From positions 1 to 26,040 of IMG/VR virus record IMGVR_UViG_3300037308_000473: a stretch of DNA of 26,040 nucleotides, one strand, 5' to 3'. Below are positions 16,507-26,027 of the stretch, one piece after another. The DNA comes from a virus. Lineage: Duplodnaviria; Caudoviricetes. The notes under the pieces are model-generated. The model saw nothing but the letters and a program-made list of their open reading frames with translations. It was not told where the DNA came from and made no database searches. Numbering within the stretch: the first letter of the stretch is position 1; the number at the start of each line of letters is the position of its first letter. A program made the position numbers and the translations under genes.

Positions 16507-17568
16507 ATGGCGGTGACTTCTTCGCCCACTCGTCTCGATGCCGCCACCATGCGGGAGCTCGACGCACAGCTTTGCGCCAAGTGGGCGGAAGACGAGGGCT
16601 TGCTCGAGAAGCTCGCCCCGCAGCTCTCCTCAACGGAGACAGCTCGGATCGCCATCATTCGACGCGCTGTGGTGAAGGGCATCGACTCCGTCTTGGCCCG
16701 GCGGGCGCTTCAGGCGAGCCAGGACGAAGCCATCGAGGCCATCCGCAACTACATCGCCTACGGCGCGGCCAGCGTGTTGAACGTCGGCGGGCAGCGTGGC
16801 GGAGACTTTCTCCTGAACCAGCTTCGGGGCCAGTGGGCCGAGGACGTCGCCATGTCGGTACCGATCCCCGGCTACCACCTCGTTCGCTTCGGGCCGAGCA
16901 GCGCAGCGATGCCAGGTGAGCAGGACCACGATGCGATCGTCCGCGCGTTTCGGCAGATCGTTCTAACAGAGGGCAAGCGCCCGGACCTGTTGGCGTTCGC
17001 GACCGACACCTGGGACGTGATGACCGAGGCCGAGCAGGCTGCCGTCACCGAGTGGCCGAGTCGCCCGCTCCGTGCCGGTGAGCCCGAGCTCGTCAGCGCT
17101 GCGGCGTGTGGCATCGAGGTGAAGAACAGCACGTGGGCCTACAAGGTCCGTCGGGACAGCGGCAATACGAAGCCGCTGTCGATCACCGTCAAGGACGAGG
17201 AGATCGAGTCAATCCTCGGCTGGGAGCGTGAGACGGGACTCCCCATGATCTTCTTCCAGGTGCTGTTCGACGAGCTCTACTGCATGAGCTTCGCGCGAAT
17301 GGCGGCGGCCATCGACGCCAAGGCGGTCTATGGCGGCGACTACGTGAACGAGCCCGGCGCAGCGGGCAAGGATGTCCACTGGTTCCTCCTTACCGAGCTG
17401 ACCCGACAGAGGCACCAGCTAGCCGACGTTGTGTTCCCGAGCGGCTCCGAGGCCGTCGTCCGCGTCATGGGCGACGGCAACGTGATCCCGTACATCCGAT
17501 TCCAGCCCGCCGCCGTCACCGGCACCCGCCCAGAGGTCTTCGAGCAGGAGCTGGGGTTCCGCCTCTAG
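16507..17568 (+). CDS. Type II restriction endonuclease, AccI-family-like PD-(D/E)XK
   Basis: DFL.N..G.WAE, GKRPDLL.F, IEVKNS.W, I.VK.EE...W, VLFDE motifs recalled from AccI-family enzymes; next to Vsr and MTase. GTG at 16513 is an alternative start. Confidence 0.72.
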   Translation: MAVTSSPTRLDAATMRELDAQLCAKWAEDEGLLEKLAPQLSSTETARIAIIRRAVVKGIDSVLARRALQASQDEAIEAIRNYIAYGAASVLNVGGQRGGDFLLNQLRGQWAEDVAMSVPIPGYHLVRFGPSSAAMPGEQDHDAIVRAFRQIVLTEGKRPDLLAFATDTWDVMTEAEQAAVTEWPSRPLRAGEPELVSAAACGIEVKNSTWAYKVRRDSGNTKPLSITVKDEEIESILGWERETGLPMIFFQVLFDELYCMSFARMAAAIDAKAVYGGDYVNEPGAAGKDVHWFLLTELTRQRHQLADVVFPSGSEAVVRVMGDGNVIPYIRFQPAAVTGTRPEVFEQELGFRL

Positions 17569-18825
17569 GCGCCGGTCTTGGGAGCCAAGGCCCTTGATGT
17601 GATGCACCTCGACTCCGGCGAGCGCGAGCCGCTGAGCATTCCTGCGGTGCTCGCCGTTGCGAAGACTGTCCCGGCGCGTGTAGTCGATCGCCTCGTGAAA
17701 TGAATCCGGCAGCGGAGGCGACTCGGGACGGTGATCTTCGGTGGCGACTTTGAGAGCCTCGACAATGGCTCGGCCGAGAACCAGCCCGAAGGTGTATGGC
17801 ACCGCGTTGCCGATCTGCCTGAAGCGGCTCGCGGCATTGCCTTGGAAAGGCCAGCCTGCCGGGAAGCCCTGAAGCCCGGCGCATTCGTCCTCGCTCAGCC
17901 GGCGCAGGGCGCCATCCCGGTCGCGGATCCAGTCCTGCGTCGAAGCGGCGGTGACCGTCCTAGCGGGCTTCGAGCGGTCGGCGATGAAGGTGCCTTGCTT
18001 GTATCCCCAGTGCCCGCCAGGGCGAGTCGCCTCGCGGGCGCCGGCGCTCTTCAACCCCGTGCCTTCCCCGAGATCGGCGAGCTGTGCGGCGAGCGCGGGC
18101 GACGGTCGGATGATCTGCTCCGGCGTCGCTTCTCGTCGCGTCTCGAGGAACTCGCCCAGAGTGCGCCAGGACTGGAGACCGTGGAGCAGTGATGATCCTC
18201 CTGCGCGCACATGCGTCGGCGAGGGGAATGTGGGCACGGGAGCAACTCGAGCGCCAAACATGAAGAGGCGGACTCGCCGCTGGTAGGCGCCATAGTCGGC
18301 GGCGTTGAGGAGATGGAACGACGTCGCGTACCCGATCTCCTGGAATGCCTGCATGACCTCGTGTATCACCTCGCCCGGCTCGCCCTTTGGCCCCCTGGCC
18401 GTGACCAGGCCGCGAACGTTCTCGAACAGGATGTACTTCGGACGAAGACCGTCCGCGAACCGCACGAAGTCCTCGAAGAGCCGGCCCCGAGGATCGTGGA
18501 TAGAGAGCATCTTCCCGGCGCTGCTGAAGGGTTGGCACGGCGGTCCGCCAGCGAGCAAGTCCGGAACCCAGTCCGCAGGAGCCCGCTGAGGTCGAAGATC
18601 AGCCGGGGAGAGCGACTCAATCGGGCCAGGCACGATCTTGGTGCCTCTGAGGTGCCGCCGCCTAGAGCCAGCGATCGGAATCGATGCTGCCCTCGCTGCC
18701 TCCAGCGTCGCGACGCAGTCCTTGTCGAAGTCATTGGCGGCGACCGTGTGGAAACCAGCGGCCTCGAGACCAGCGTCGAGTCCGCCCGCGCCGGTGAACA
18801 GGGAGACCAGGGTCGGGTTTCTCAT
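17419..18825 (-). CDS. DNA (cytosine-5)-methyltransferase
   Basis: Motif I SLFTGAGG, IV GGPPCQPFS, VI FENVRG, VIII Q.R.RLF, IX RRLS..ECA.LQGFP, X QIGNAVP; start 18825 (or GTG 18864). Confidence 0.95.
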   Translation of the reverse strand: MRNPTLVSLFTGAGGLDAGLEAAGFHTVAANDFDKDCVATLEAARAASIPIAGSRRRHLRGTKIVPGPIESLSPADLRPQRAPADWVPDLLAGGPPCQPFSSAGKMLSIHDPRGRLFEDFVRFADGLRPKYILFENVRGLVTARGPKGEPGEVIHEVMQAFQEIGYATSFHLLNAADYGAYQRRVRLFMFGARVAPVPTFPSPTHVRAGGSSLLHGLQSWRTLGEFLETRREATPEQIIRPSPALAAQLADLGEGTGLKSAGAREATRPGGHWGYKQGTFIADRSKPARTVTAASTQDWIRDRDGALRRLSEDECAGLQGFPAGWPFQGNAASRFRQIGNAVPYTFGLVLGRAIVEALKVATEDHRPESPPLPDSFHEAIDYTRRDSLRNGEHRRNAQRLALAGVEVHHIKGLGSQDRRLEAEPQLLLEDLWAGAGDGGGLESDVRDHVAVAHDADDGLGAAREHNVG

Positions 18826-19160
18826 CGCCCTCGAGACTGCATCAGGCCGTAGCCGCTCGGCCACCTAGATCATTGTGTCACCGTCGGCGACCTTCCGGCG
18901 CCGTGGAGCTCTGAGCTCAAGACCAGAGGTGACGGCTCGCAACCTGCACCCTAGCGACGGCCGCTTATCCCGCGCTCATCGGGCAGCCTCAGGATGGCTG
19001 AGGGTGCCGCCGACCGATCCGGCTGACGTAGACGCGAGTTTGGGATCGGCCAGCTCAACGTGGTTAGGCCGGCCATCCCGCGGGAGTGTCCACCGAGTTG
19101 TCCGCCGCGATCGCCAAACCTGTGGACATCCTCGAGTCCTAGACCCCGAATTCGTGGATA

Positions 19161-19172
19161 GAACACCTGTTC
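19161..19172. promoter_or_regulatory. LexA/SOS box of the GAAC-N4-GTTC type
   Basis: GAACACCTGTTC (context TAGAACACCTGTTCAT) in the AT-richer intergenic gap between divergent MTase and HTH genes. Confidence 0.65.
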
Positions 19173-19343
19173 ATACCAAGACTCCCGGACTAGACTGAAC
19201 TGCTCGAAGCACTCCCGCTCGCCGGCCAGCCACCCGGCTGAATGTCATTCCGGAGGGCAGTTTCCCTTGTTCGAACCCATCAGCGGGACAACCATGCCCC
19301 GCGACGGCTACGCGCCCCCGAAGCCAGAACGGCAGGTCGCCCC

Positions 19344-19781
19344 ATGAGCCCCGACCCCCTGCTCATGTCGGCGGACATCGCGCGGGTGGCGGCCGAGCGC
19401 CCAGAACTCGACGAGGACCTCGTCCAGGCCCTGTACCAGCACCTGGTCCTCATCCAGGGCCGGCAGCCGACGATCGATGAGCTGCGCGAGTACGTGGACC
19501 GCGTGTCCAGCCTCGACCATGACCGGTTGCGCCAACGGCTCGGGCTCGGGCCACGCGGCAGGCGGCCGGCCCGAGGACAGGCGACATCCGGCCGGGGGCG
19601 CCCGAGGGGCACGCGCCTGCTGACGGTGGCGATCGTCGGCGATGCCAACCGCGCGCTACGGGCGGAGCGCAAGGGCCGGCCTGTGACCCAGGAGTCGCTG
19701 GCGGAGCGGCTCGAGGTGTCGCGGCGGACGCTTCAGGACTTCCTGCGGGCCAACGGCCTCGTCTGGCCGCTCGAGGACTAG
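19344..19781 (+). CDS. HTH DNA-binding protein with AT-hook-like motif (145 aa)
   Basis: GRGRPRG followed by VTQESLAERLEVSRRTLQDFL helix-turn-helix; start uncertain (19344 or 19365). Confidence 0.7.
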   Translation: MSPDPLLMSADIARVAAERPELDEDLVQALYQHLVLIQGRQPTIDELREYVDRVSSLDHDRLRQRLGLGPRGRRPARGQATSGRGRPRGTRLLTVAIVGDANRALRAERKGRPVTQESLAERLEVSRRTLQDFLRANGLVWPLED

Positions 19782-19784
19782 CCC

Positions 19785-19855
19785 CGCACTTACCTGCGCC
19801 TTATCCGCGCCTCATCTGCGCATTGTTCGCGCCTTCTCCGCCTTTATCCCGCGCC
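19785..19855 (+). repeat. Degenerate tandem array with exact 11-bp period, consensus GCGCCTTATCC
   Basis: Units at 19796 gcgccttatcc, 19807 gcgcctcatct, 19818 gcgcattgttc, 19829 gcgccttctcc, 19840 gcctttatccc, 19851 gcgcc; weaker unit at 19785. Confidence 0.75.
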
Positions 19856-19878
19856 GGGGGCAGCCGTTCAATCCGGCT

Positions 19879-20097
19879 ATGCCCTCCCTCACGATCCGCC
19901 TCCCCGAGCACGCCGCGGCGGCGCTCCAGGACCTCGCGCAGGTCGAGTGCCGCACACCCCGCGACCAGGCTGCGTTCCTCGTCCTCGAGGGCCTCCGCGC
20001 GGCCGCATCGGCGACGGCGGTAACACCGACGGCGCGCCGGCGGGGGCGCCTCGGCTCGGCGAGGACGAACGCCGCAGTCGCGAGGGTCGAGCCGTGA
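19879..20097 (+). CDS. Ribbon-helix-helix (Arc/CopG-like) regulator
   Basis: MPSLTIRLPEHAAAALQDLAQVECRTPRDQAAFLVLEGL: beta strand + two helices. Confidence 0.7.
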   Translation: MPSLTIRLPEHAAAALQDLAQVECRTPRDQAAFLVLEGLRAAASATAVTPTARRRGRLGSARTNAAVARVEP

Positions 20098-20294
20098 CCC
20101 GCCATCGCGTCACCTGGACCGCGGCCCGCGACGGCGAGGCCCACGCCGCGATCGCCGGTCGCCTGCGCACCCCCTGCGGCCGACAGCCGATTGAGCCCCG
20201 GTTCGCCTGGCCCGAGACGCAGCCGCGCTGCGCGGCCTGCCTGGCCGGCGTGGAGGGGCTCGCGTCGCGAAGTGGGGCCGCAAAGCCACGGTAG
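20094..20294 (+). CDS. Small HC3-type zinc-finger protein (66 aa)
   Basis: GTGA overlap; H..(TPCG)..RCAAC ligand pattern. Confidence 0.55.
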   Translation: MTRHRVTWTAARDGEAHAAIAGRLRTPCGRQPIEPRFAWPETQPRCAACLAGVEGLASRSGAAKPR

Positions 20295-20337
20295 TTGCCA
20301 TGCGCCCAAGTCCAGTCACCACGAAAGGAGCCTAAGG

Positions 20338-20796
20338 ATGACCGACGACATCATCACCATCAGCGCGGGCGCCCCCGCCAGCGACCTCACGCCCGGGGTC
20401 TACGAGGTCACCCTCGTCGACATCTCGGAGCCCCGGACGATCTACCCGCAGTCCGGGCCGAACGCCGGCAAGGAGGTCCAGCTTCGCGACTGGACGTTCG
20501 CCCTCGAGGACGGCACCGAGGTCACCGGCTCGGCGAGCACGGCGTCGGGGCCGAAATCCAAGACGTACGCTTGGCTCACGGCGCTCCTCGGCGGCACGCC
20601 GCCCACCGTCGGCCAGAGCTACCCGAAGTCCAAGCTCGTCGGACGCGAGGCGCTCGCCACTATCGCGATCGACGAGAGTGGCTGGGCCAAGATCGCCAAC
20701 CTGTCCGCCCGGCCCATAGCTCGCGCCGCCGCACCGGCCGCGCCCGCCCGGCCCGTGGCCGCGCAGCCCGTCGCGACCGACGATCTGCCCTTCTAG
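20338..20796 (+). CDS. Phage single-stranded DNA-binding protein-like (152 aa)
   Basis: RBS AAAGGAG; PGVYEVTLVDI OB-fold-like start, LVGRE, Ala/Pro linker and acidic DDLPF C-terminus. Confidence 0.7.
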   Translation: MTDDIITISAGAPASDLTPGVYEVTLVDISEPRTIYPQSGPNAGKEVQLRDWTFALEDGTEVTGSASTASGPKSKTYAWLTALLGGTPPTVGQSYPKSKLVGREALATIAIDESGWAKIANLSARPIARAAAPAAPARPVAAQPVATDDLPF

Positions 20797-20801
20797 CCGT
20801 G

Positions 20802-22802
20802 ATGCCCGCTCCGGAGTCGGTCGTTACCGCTGCGATCGCGCAGATCGACCAGGGCTTCGCCGTGTTCGCCCTGAGGGCGGACGCGAAGGTCCCGGTGACG
20901 GAGCACGGCTTCAAGAACGCGACGACGCGCCCTGACTGGATCCGGCGCCAGCTCGAGGCCCCGGCAGCCGGGAACTACGGGCTCGTCTGGCCGGCGACCA
21001 ACCCCGAGCGCGTCGTCGTGTTCGACCTCGACGACGGCGGCGGCGCGGACCGCCCCTGGCGTGATCGGATGCTCGACCTCGTCGCGCAGCACGGGCCGCT
21101 GCCGGCCACGAAGATCACCACCACCCCCTCGGGTGGCCGCCACGCCTTCTACCGCTGGCCGGCCGACGTGCCGATCCCCGCGGGCGACGAGCTGTTCGGC
21201 TTCACCGTCCGCTGGCCCGGCCGCGGCTATCTCGTCGGGCCCGGCAGCCGGATCGGCGACCGCGAGTACGTCGCGGGGCCGGTGACCGAGATCGCGCCGC
21301 TGCCGGCCCGCTGGGTCGAGGCCGCGCTCGCCGAGCGGCCGGCGCAGCGGAGGGGCACCGATCCGGCGGCCATCACCGTCACCGGTGGCTTCACGCTGCC
21401 CGACCGGATCCCCTCGGGCCGCCGCTACGCCGCCGTCCGCGACTACGTGGCCAGCCGCTACAACGCGGGTCTCGGGCTCGACGAGCTGTGGGAGCTCGTC
21501 CGCACGCGGGTCGCGCCTCGCTTCGAGGTCCCCAAGACCCAGGATGAGTTGCGCGCCGACTTCGAGCGCGTGACCGCGAAGATCGGCGAGCGACTGGGCG
21601 CGCCGGCGCACCTGACCGAGGCACGGCGTGCGCTCGTCCCGGGCATGGACGCCGCCGACCTGCTCGCCCTTGACCTGCAGCCGCTGCGCTGGATCGTGCC
21701 GAACCTGATCCCCGAGGGCACGACGATCCTGGCCGCGCCGCCGAAGGTCGGCAAGAGCTGCCTCGTCTACCAGGTCGCCGTCGAGGCGGCGATCGGCGGG
21801 GAGTTGCTGGGCCGGCGGGTGACGCCCGGCAGCGTCCTGTACCTCGCCCTCGAGGACGGCAAGCGGCGCGGCCGCGACCGGCTCCTGGTGGCCCTGGCCG
21901 GCCGCACCATGCCCCACGGCCGCCTCGAGGTCCGCTGGGACGCCAACCGGATCGGGGCAGGCCTCGAGGACGACATCCGGGCCTGGCTCGACGAGCACCC
22001 GGACGCCGCGATGGTCGCGGTCGACACGCTGGGCAAGGTCCGGCCGCGGTCGACCGGCAAGCAGGGCGCGTACGAGGTCGACGTCCAGGACCTCGCGGCG
22101 CTCCAGGACCTGTTCCGCGACCGGCCCGTGGCGCTCGTGATCGTCCACCACGCCCGCAAGGAGGCGTCCGACGACTTCCTCGCGAGCGTGTCCGGGACGT
22201 ACGGCATCACGGGCTCGGCCGACACGATCGTCGCCATCCGCCGCAAGCGGCTCGAGCGGTTCGGCACCGTGTTCACGACCGGCCGGGACATCGCCGACGC
22301 CGAGGTCCCGGTCCAGTTCGCCGACGGCCGCTGGCTGCCGGCACCCGGGGCGCTGCCAGAGGCGTCGGTCGAGCGGGCCGAGGTCTACGAGGTCATCGAG
22401 CGGCGCGGGCCGGTCTTCCCCCAGGCCATCGCAGACGAGCTCGGCCTCACCCGGCAGAGCGTCCAGAACATGGTCGCCAAGCTCGTCGCCGCGGGCGCCG
22501 TGGCGCGCGTGCCCAAGGGCTACGTCGTCGCCGGCGTCGAGCTCGAGGACAGCCACCAGACCCCGATTGGCCTTAATGCCCCCGGTGTCTCCGATGACTC
22601 CCCCAGACATCAGAGACATCGGGGGGAGGTATCGCGTGCGCCCGCACGCGAGGCCGGGCCGGCCCTGCGCGTCGTCCCCGCCGACCCGTCCGGCTGGGCC
22701 AACCCCTGCCGCTGGTACCGCGACCACCAGTCCGCTCATCGCCAGACGCCGTCCGGGTGGACGTGCGACGCCTGCCACCCCGAGGAGGGACCCATCGCAT
22801 GA
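20802..22802 (+). CDS. Bifunctional primase-polymerase fused to AAA_25/RepA-like helicase and C-terminal HTH (666 aa)
   Basis: K.P..HGFKNATT, NYGL, VFDLD, TPSGGRHAFY (Prim-Pol); APPKVGKS Walker A, VLYLALED, VAVDTL, VHHARK, GITGSAD; QAIADELGLTRQSVQNMV HTH. Confidence 0.9.
   Translation: MPAPESVVTAAIAQIDQGFAVFALRADAKVPVTEHGFKNATTRPDWIRRQLEAPAAGNYGLVWPATNPERVVVFDLDDGGGADRPWRDRMLDLVAQHGPLPATKITTTPSGGRHAFYRWPADVPIPAGDELFGFTVRWPGRGYLVGPGSRIGDREYVAGPVTEIAPLPARWVEAALAERPAQRRGTDPAAITVTGGFTLPDRIPSGRRYAAVRDYVASRYNAGLGLDELWELVRTRVAPRFEVPKTQDELRADFERVTAKIGERLGAPAHLTEARRALVPGMDAADLLALDLQPLRWIVPNLIPEGTTILAAPPKVGKSCLVYQVAVEAAIGGELLGRRVTPGSVLYLALEDGKRRGRDRLLVALAGRTMPHGRLEVRWDANRIGAGLEDDIRAWLDEHPDAAMVAVDTLGKVRPRSTGKQGAYEVDVQDLAALQDLFRDRPVALVIVHHARKEASDDFLASVSGTYGITGSADTIVAIRRKRLERFGTVFTTGRDIADAEVPVQFADGRWLPAPGALPEASVERAEVYEVIERRGPVFPQAIADELGLTRQSVQNMVAKLVAAGAVARVPKGYVVAGVELEDSHQTPIGLNAPGVSDDSPRHQRHRGEVSRAPAREAGPALRVVPADPSGWANPCRWYRDHQSAHRQTPSGWTCDACHPEEGPIA
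22579..22625. repeat. 21-bp imperfect inverted repeat with internal AGACATC direct repeat; candidate replication origin
   Basis: CCCCCGGTGTCTCCGATGACT(22579-22599) vs AGACATCAGAGACATCGGGGG(22605-22625), 18/21 complementary. Confidence 0.55.
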
Positions 22803-23584
22803 CCACCGCGACCGTCACCCGCCCCCGCGCCAAGGCAGCCACCGTCCCCGTCGGCGTCCACCGGACGAAGACGCATCTCTACTACTTCAACGGCGCTGGA
22901 CCGTGGCCGGGCGTCACGTCGGTCACGAAGGTCCTCGACGCGCCGGCGCTGACCTACTGGAAGATGAACCAGGTCGCCCAGGCCGCGATCGCCGGCGCCG
23001 AGCGGCTCATCGAGGACCGCGAGGCGGGGCGGGTCGACGCGGCCGTGAAGTACCTCACGACCCTCTCCACCTCGGCGATGGACCGCGGCTCGCGCATCCA
23101 CGCCGCGATCGAGCAGATCCTCCGGCGCGAGCCCGTGACCATCGACCCGCGCGACGAGGCGGCCGTCGCGGGTGCCCGCGCCTGGCTCAACCAGCAGGTC
23201 CGCCAGCACGGGCTGCGGCCGATCGAGGTCGAGGCCTTCCTCCTCCACGAGACCCTCGGCTACGGCGGGACGTGCGACCTCATCGCGGAGCTCGACGGCG
23301 AGGTCTGGCTGCTCGACTGGAAGACCGGGTCCTCGGTCGCGACCCCCGACGGCGCCGTCTACCGCGACCACCGGCTGCAGCTGGCGGCGTACGCGAACGC
23401 GGAGTTCATCGCCCGGGTCAACGACCCCGAGCGGTGCCCGCTGCCGCCGATCACCCGCTACGGGATCGTCCACGTCACCGACGGCGGCACGCGGCTGTAC
23501 GAGGCGGCCGTGACGCCGCGCGACTGGGTCGCCTTCCGCGCCTGCCTCGCCCTCCACGCCTGGTCGAAGGAGAAGGTGGCGTGA
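22799..23584 (+). CDS. PD-(D/E)XK exonuclease (phage RecB/Cas4-like family)
   Basis: ATGA overlap; PGVTSV, AMDRGSRIH, YGGTCDL, LLDWKTG, QLAAY motifs. Confidence 0.85.
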   Translation: MTTATVTRPRAKAATVPVGVHRTKTHLYYFNGAGPWPGVTSVTKVLDAPALTYWKMNQVAQAAIAGAERLIEDREAGRVDAAVKYLTTLSTSAMDRGSRIHAAIEQILRREPVTIDPRDEAAVAGARAWLNQQVRQHGLRPIEVEAFLLHETLGYGGTCDLIAELDGEVWLLDWKTGSSVATPDGAVYRDHRLQLAAYANAEFIARVNDPERCPLPPITRYGIVHVTDGGTRLYEAAVTPRDWVAFRACLALHAWSKEKVA

Positions 23585-23697
23585 GCGTCGACCGGGCTCG
23601 CCTCGCCGGGTGCTCCGTGGCGGCCCTCGCCGTTCTCGGCTTCTGGGCTCTCGTCATCGGCGGCCTCTGGCTCGCCTGCCGGCTGGTATGGCCGTGA
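23581..23697 (+). CDS. 38-aa single-pass membrane peptide
   Basis: GTGA overlaps on both sides; hydrophobic VAALAVLGFWALVIGGLWLA. Confidence 0.55.
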   Translation: MSVDRARLAGCSVAALAVLGFWALVIGGLWLACRLVWP

Positions 23698-24149
23698 CGA
23701 CCATCCTGGCCATCGACCCGGGCTCCGCCCAGTCCGCCTGGCTCCAGTTCGACGGTGCCCGGCCGACCGCGTTCGCGATCACGCCCAACGACGTCCTCGT
23801 CCGCGCGCTCCGGACGGGCGGCCTGCCCGACGTCGTCGTCATCGAGAAGGTCGAGTCCTATGGCATTGCGGTCGGCGCCGAGGTGTTCGACACGGTCCTC
23901 TGGGCCGGCCGGTTCGCCGAGGCCGCGCACCCGGTCCCGGTCGTCCTGCTCCCGCGGCGGGCGGTGAAGCTCGCGCTGTGCGGCGACTCGCGGGCCAAGG
24001 ACGCCAACATCCGCCAGGCGCTGATCGACCGCTTCGGCGGGTCGGCCGCGGTCGGCCGGAAGGCGGCACCGGGGCCGCTGTACGGCATCAGCCGCGACGT
24101 GTGGTCCGCGCTCGCGATCGCGGTCACATACACGCTCCAGCGCGCGTGA
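23694..24149 (+). CDS. RuvC-like Holliday junction resolvase
   Basis: ILAIDPG, VVIE, AKD, D..SALAIA acidic RNase H-fold motifs. Confidence 0.8.
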   Translation: MTTILAIDPGSAQSAWLQFDGARPTAFAITPNDVLVRALRTGGLPDVVVIEKVESYGIAVGAEVFDTVLWAGRFAEAAHPVPVVLLPRRAVKLALCGDSRAKDANIRQALIDRFGGSAAVGRKAAPGPLYGISRDVWSALAIAVTYTLQRA

Positions 24150-24358
24150 CACCGCGACATCCGCAGCTGACCGCGCGACAGGAGCAGGTGCTGCTCCTGC
24201 TGGGCGACGGGCTCGGCCTCGGCGAGATCGCCGAGCGCCTCGGGCTGTCCGAGTGGACCGTCAAGACGCACCGGGACGAGGGCCGACGCCGACTGAATGC
24301 CCGCACGACGACGCATGCTGCCGTCCTCACCCGCGAGTATCGCTCCCGAGTGCGATGA
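24146..24358 (+). CDS. Stand-alone LuxR/GerE-type HTH regulator (70 aa)
   Basis: LTARQEQVLLLLGDGL..EIAERLGLSEWTVKTH. Confidence 0.85.
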   Translation: MTPRHPQLTARQEQVLLLLGDGLGLGEIAERLGLSEWTVKTHRDEGRRRLNARTTTHAAVLTREYRSRVR

Positions 24359-24504
24359 ACGACACAATGCGCCGGGTGCCCGCGACCGATCCGCTAATCC
24401 GCGCGCTTGTCGCCGCGGTTCGCGAAGTCGCCCAACGAAGGGCTTCCGAGGAGTCGGAGCGCAGAGGTCGTGTTCGAACCGTGGACGGAGGAAGGGCGGC
24501 GTGA
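24355..24504 (+). CDS. Small hypothetical protein preceding recombinase (49 aa)
   Basis: ATGA overlap with LuxR gene; amphipathic helix DPLIRALVAAVREVAQRR; fills gap in a tightly coupled operon. Confidence 0.45.
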   Translation: MNDTMRRVPATDPLIRALVAAVREVAQRRASEESERRGRVRTVDGGRAA

Positions 24505-24508
24505 CGTG

Positions 24509-26027
<1,519 letters not shown>

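Noticed and set aside
19120-19161. DnaA-box-like 9-mers (tgtggacat, cgtggatag)
   Set aside because: Two mismatches each from TGTGGATAA; insufficient to call an origin.
18875-19198. Short ORFs on both strands in the MTase-HTH gap
   Set aside because: No recognisable motifs or RBS; one starts within the LexA-type box; treated as regulatory DNA.
19785-19855. Possible CRISPR or mini-array
   Set aside because: 11-bp units without spacers; no cas operon.
22799-23584. Cas4 as part of a CRISPR system
   Set aside because: Lacks the four-cysteine Fe-S pattern and lies in a phage replication operon; ordinary phage PD-(D/E)XK nuclease.
19268-24480. TGTTCGAACC present at 19268 and 24471, upstream of the HTH and integrase genes
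   Set aside because: Only two 10-bp copies, one inside a probable ORF; cannot be distinguished from chance.
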